Source: Nemertoderma westbladi (Eukaryota; Animalia; Xenacoelomorpha). From it: DNA of 64,000 nucleotides. The notes below the pieces were generated by a model that ran no database searches, was not told where the DNA came from, and worked only from the letters and a program-made list of their open reading frames with translations. Every line of letters starts with the position of its first letter. Position 1 is the stretch's first letter. Shown here one piece after another: positions 61,662-64,000 of the stretch. The position numbers and the translations under genes were made by a program. The stretch is from NCBI GenBank assembly GCA_032718475.1, contig JAUCBJ010008604.1, forward strand, positions 1 through 64,000, written 5' to 3'.

Positions 61662-62913
61662 GGTGTGCGGACACTTCCCCCCCCCCCCCCGGACACTTCC
61701 CCCCGTTCAAGTAGGACACTTTCCCCCCGGACACTTCCCCCCCGGACAGTTCCCCCCGCTCAAGTAGGACACTTCCCCCCCGGACACTTCCCCCCCAGAC
61801 ACCCCCCCCGGACACTTCCCCCCCCGACTGTTCTTAACTTCGCACATTCTTATTTTTCAATTTGTAAGGTAAACGGACTGCTTGTACCCAGACAAGTTGT
61901 ATCCAATTTTCCTTTCTTAGCTCAGAAAGTGATCTTTTGCATCCCGATTTTACATTTTATATCCAAGTTTTATTTGTGGATTTTATCAATGCAATTACAT
62001 CGTATTGTTTTCTAATCTTTAAACAATTAATTAGATGACCTATAAATTTCATCCCCCGAATGATATACAGTTTTTATTAACTATAGAATTATAATAATTA
62101 ATTGTTTTAATTATAGTTATTATTAGTCTTCTTTAAATTGTAGCAGATGGGTATGAATATTATTGTTGCAATCAAAATTATACCTCTCCAGGGTAAAATC
62201 GAGATGCATGCATCGACCTTTATTCTGTGCAATACATATTGATAAATTAATTAAATTTCCTGGTTACTTGCAATATTTTTAATAGGATTTTGTTGAATTA
62301 TATAATATTGTAGTAATTTATATATTAATTTGGTTAACATTCATTACAGCTCCTACTTTAGGCTTAGTCAATTTATTATCTGATGTTACAAACATGAATT
62401 GATTATTTCAAAATGGTCTCAAAGTCTGTCACCACGGGCACACAGGGAATGCCGGGGTTTGGGGACGGCAGCCCCCAACCAAATAAGCGGGGGTTTGGTG
62501 GCGGCAACCCCCAACTAAAGAAGCGGGGGCTTGGGGGCGGCAGCCCCCAACCTAAGAAGCGGGGATTTGGGGGCGGCAGGCCCCAATTAAAAGAAAAACA
62601 AATAAAATTTGACTATAAAAATGTTTCTTTTATAAATTTGAAAAAACTTGACTAGATACAACTTGCCCTGTAACCATCTTTAACTTTTGTTTATTGCTTT
62701 GGTGCACCCAGATTAATTTTAACACTTTAACTGGGGGGGAAGTGTCCAGGGGGGAAGTGGCCGGGGGGGAAGTGTCCGGGGGGGAAGAGTCCTACTTGGG
62801 CGGGGGGAAGTGTCCGGGGGGAAAGTGTCCGGGGGGAACTGTCCGGGGCGGAAGTGTCCGGGGGGAAAGTGTCCGGGGGGGGGAACTGTCCGGGGGGGAA
62901 GTGTCCTAAATCC
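61662..62913. mobile_element. Non-autonomous Mutator-like element with repeat-built TIRs
   Basis: (GGACACTTCCCCCC)n at 61669-61827 mirrored at 62731-62907; termini start GG; direct repeat (C)AAATTATC on both sides (61653-61661 and 62913-62921). Internal 33-bp GGGGGCGGCAGCCCCCAA repeats at 62450-62587. Confidence 0.8.
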
Positions 62914-64000
62914 AAATTATCAGGTTAGCTGAAATAGTAGACATTCAAAACCAATCTTTTAATAATTAGCTTTTCATTTCAACAACAAATTCGATGCAAA
63001 ATGTATGAAAAGGTACTCGCACACTAATTAAACACATTGTATAGTATAAAGATAACCTTAACCTTAGGGATTATTTTGCATAAGACCGTTCATTTAATGG
63101 ACTGAGACAGGAAATGGTACATTAATTAATGTTGGATGTAGGACTGCATACAGCATACATATTCTTAGTAAAGCAACTAACATACGAAAAAACCTTCTTA
63201 ACTGTAAATAATTCCGTTCGACATTAGGCCTATAGAATTAAGAACTTTATTACAGAATTCCATTAATGTGAGTCGATCTTTCAGCATTGGGTTAGGGTTG
63301 ACTCTGAACCACTACTGACGGACTACTCTATATGACATCAACATGTGCGTGAAGCGTAAAGTTATGATTTCTAAGGCAGTTCTGTTTGTATTACTTTTAG
63401 GGCATTAACTCCTTCTCATAACTGAATGTGGTTTCTTGAATAACACGCGCTCACAAGCACAAGACAACACAACTTCGATCATTTTGATTAAATTAAAGCT
63501 ATAAATAATTGAGCATGTGGCAGAGATTTTATTTATAGTGGGAAAGTGAAAGAATATAAAAATAACGGCATGATAATACGGTAAGATGCTGAAAAATAAT
63601 ATGAGACCATCATAGTACAAATGTTTCCTGACAGTAATTTATGTTGAGTTTAATCAACAGAAGTCATATTGCTGACATTGACATGAAACTGAATAAGTAT
63701 GTGTGAGTATCCTAGTCGTAGTCTAAGAGGACGAAATTCCCCAAGATGTGTCTCCCTTTGTAAATCGCCGAGTAAACAATACCATACACGAGACACATGG
63801 GTTAATTAGAGTCTCAACCCGTCCCACAAACTATCACAGTGATTCCCGAATCCACGCAAAGATTCCCTATAATCTAATAACAAACTGAACCTGCACGCAC
63901 ATCATATAAACTATGAATAATTTAAGATGCCGTGGAGTTGGAGTGGTATGCAAATTAGCAGTACAACCAACTCAGAGTTACATAGTCACATCCGCCTAGT

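Overview
AT-rich, repeat-dense invertebrate animal genomic window. 1-10192 is the 3' part of an intact BEL/Pao LTR retrotransposon: gag-pol ORF, then an array of about 27 short UAG-rich hairpins, then an unexpected second ORF of about 844 aa with a DEDDy-like 3'-5' exonuclease domain and three CCHC zinc knuckles in the env position, then PPT and 3' LTR. This cassette is the most unusual thing in the window. Next come nested transposon relics (LINE fragments, a P-element transposase remnant, a 3.9-kb Mutator/foldback element with a 9-10 bp TSD, MITEs). Four nearly intronless housekeeping genes follow: THOC1, WDR61/SKI8, a FANCL-like gene with a disrupted 5' end, and snf/U1A-U2B''. After these are an 11.7-kb array of a 26-bp satellite, a 2.3-kb 40/60-bp minisatellite, a multi-exon BCAR3/SH2D3-family gene on the minus strand and a small Mutator-like element. 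All calls come from reading the sequence and recalled family motifs; no searches were run.
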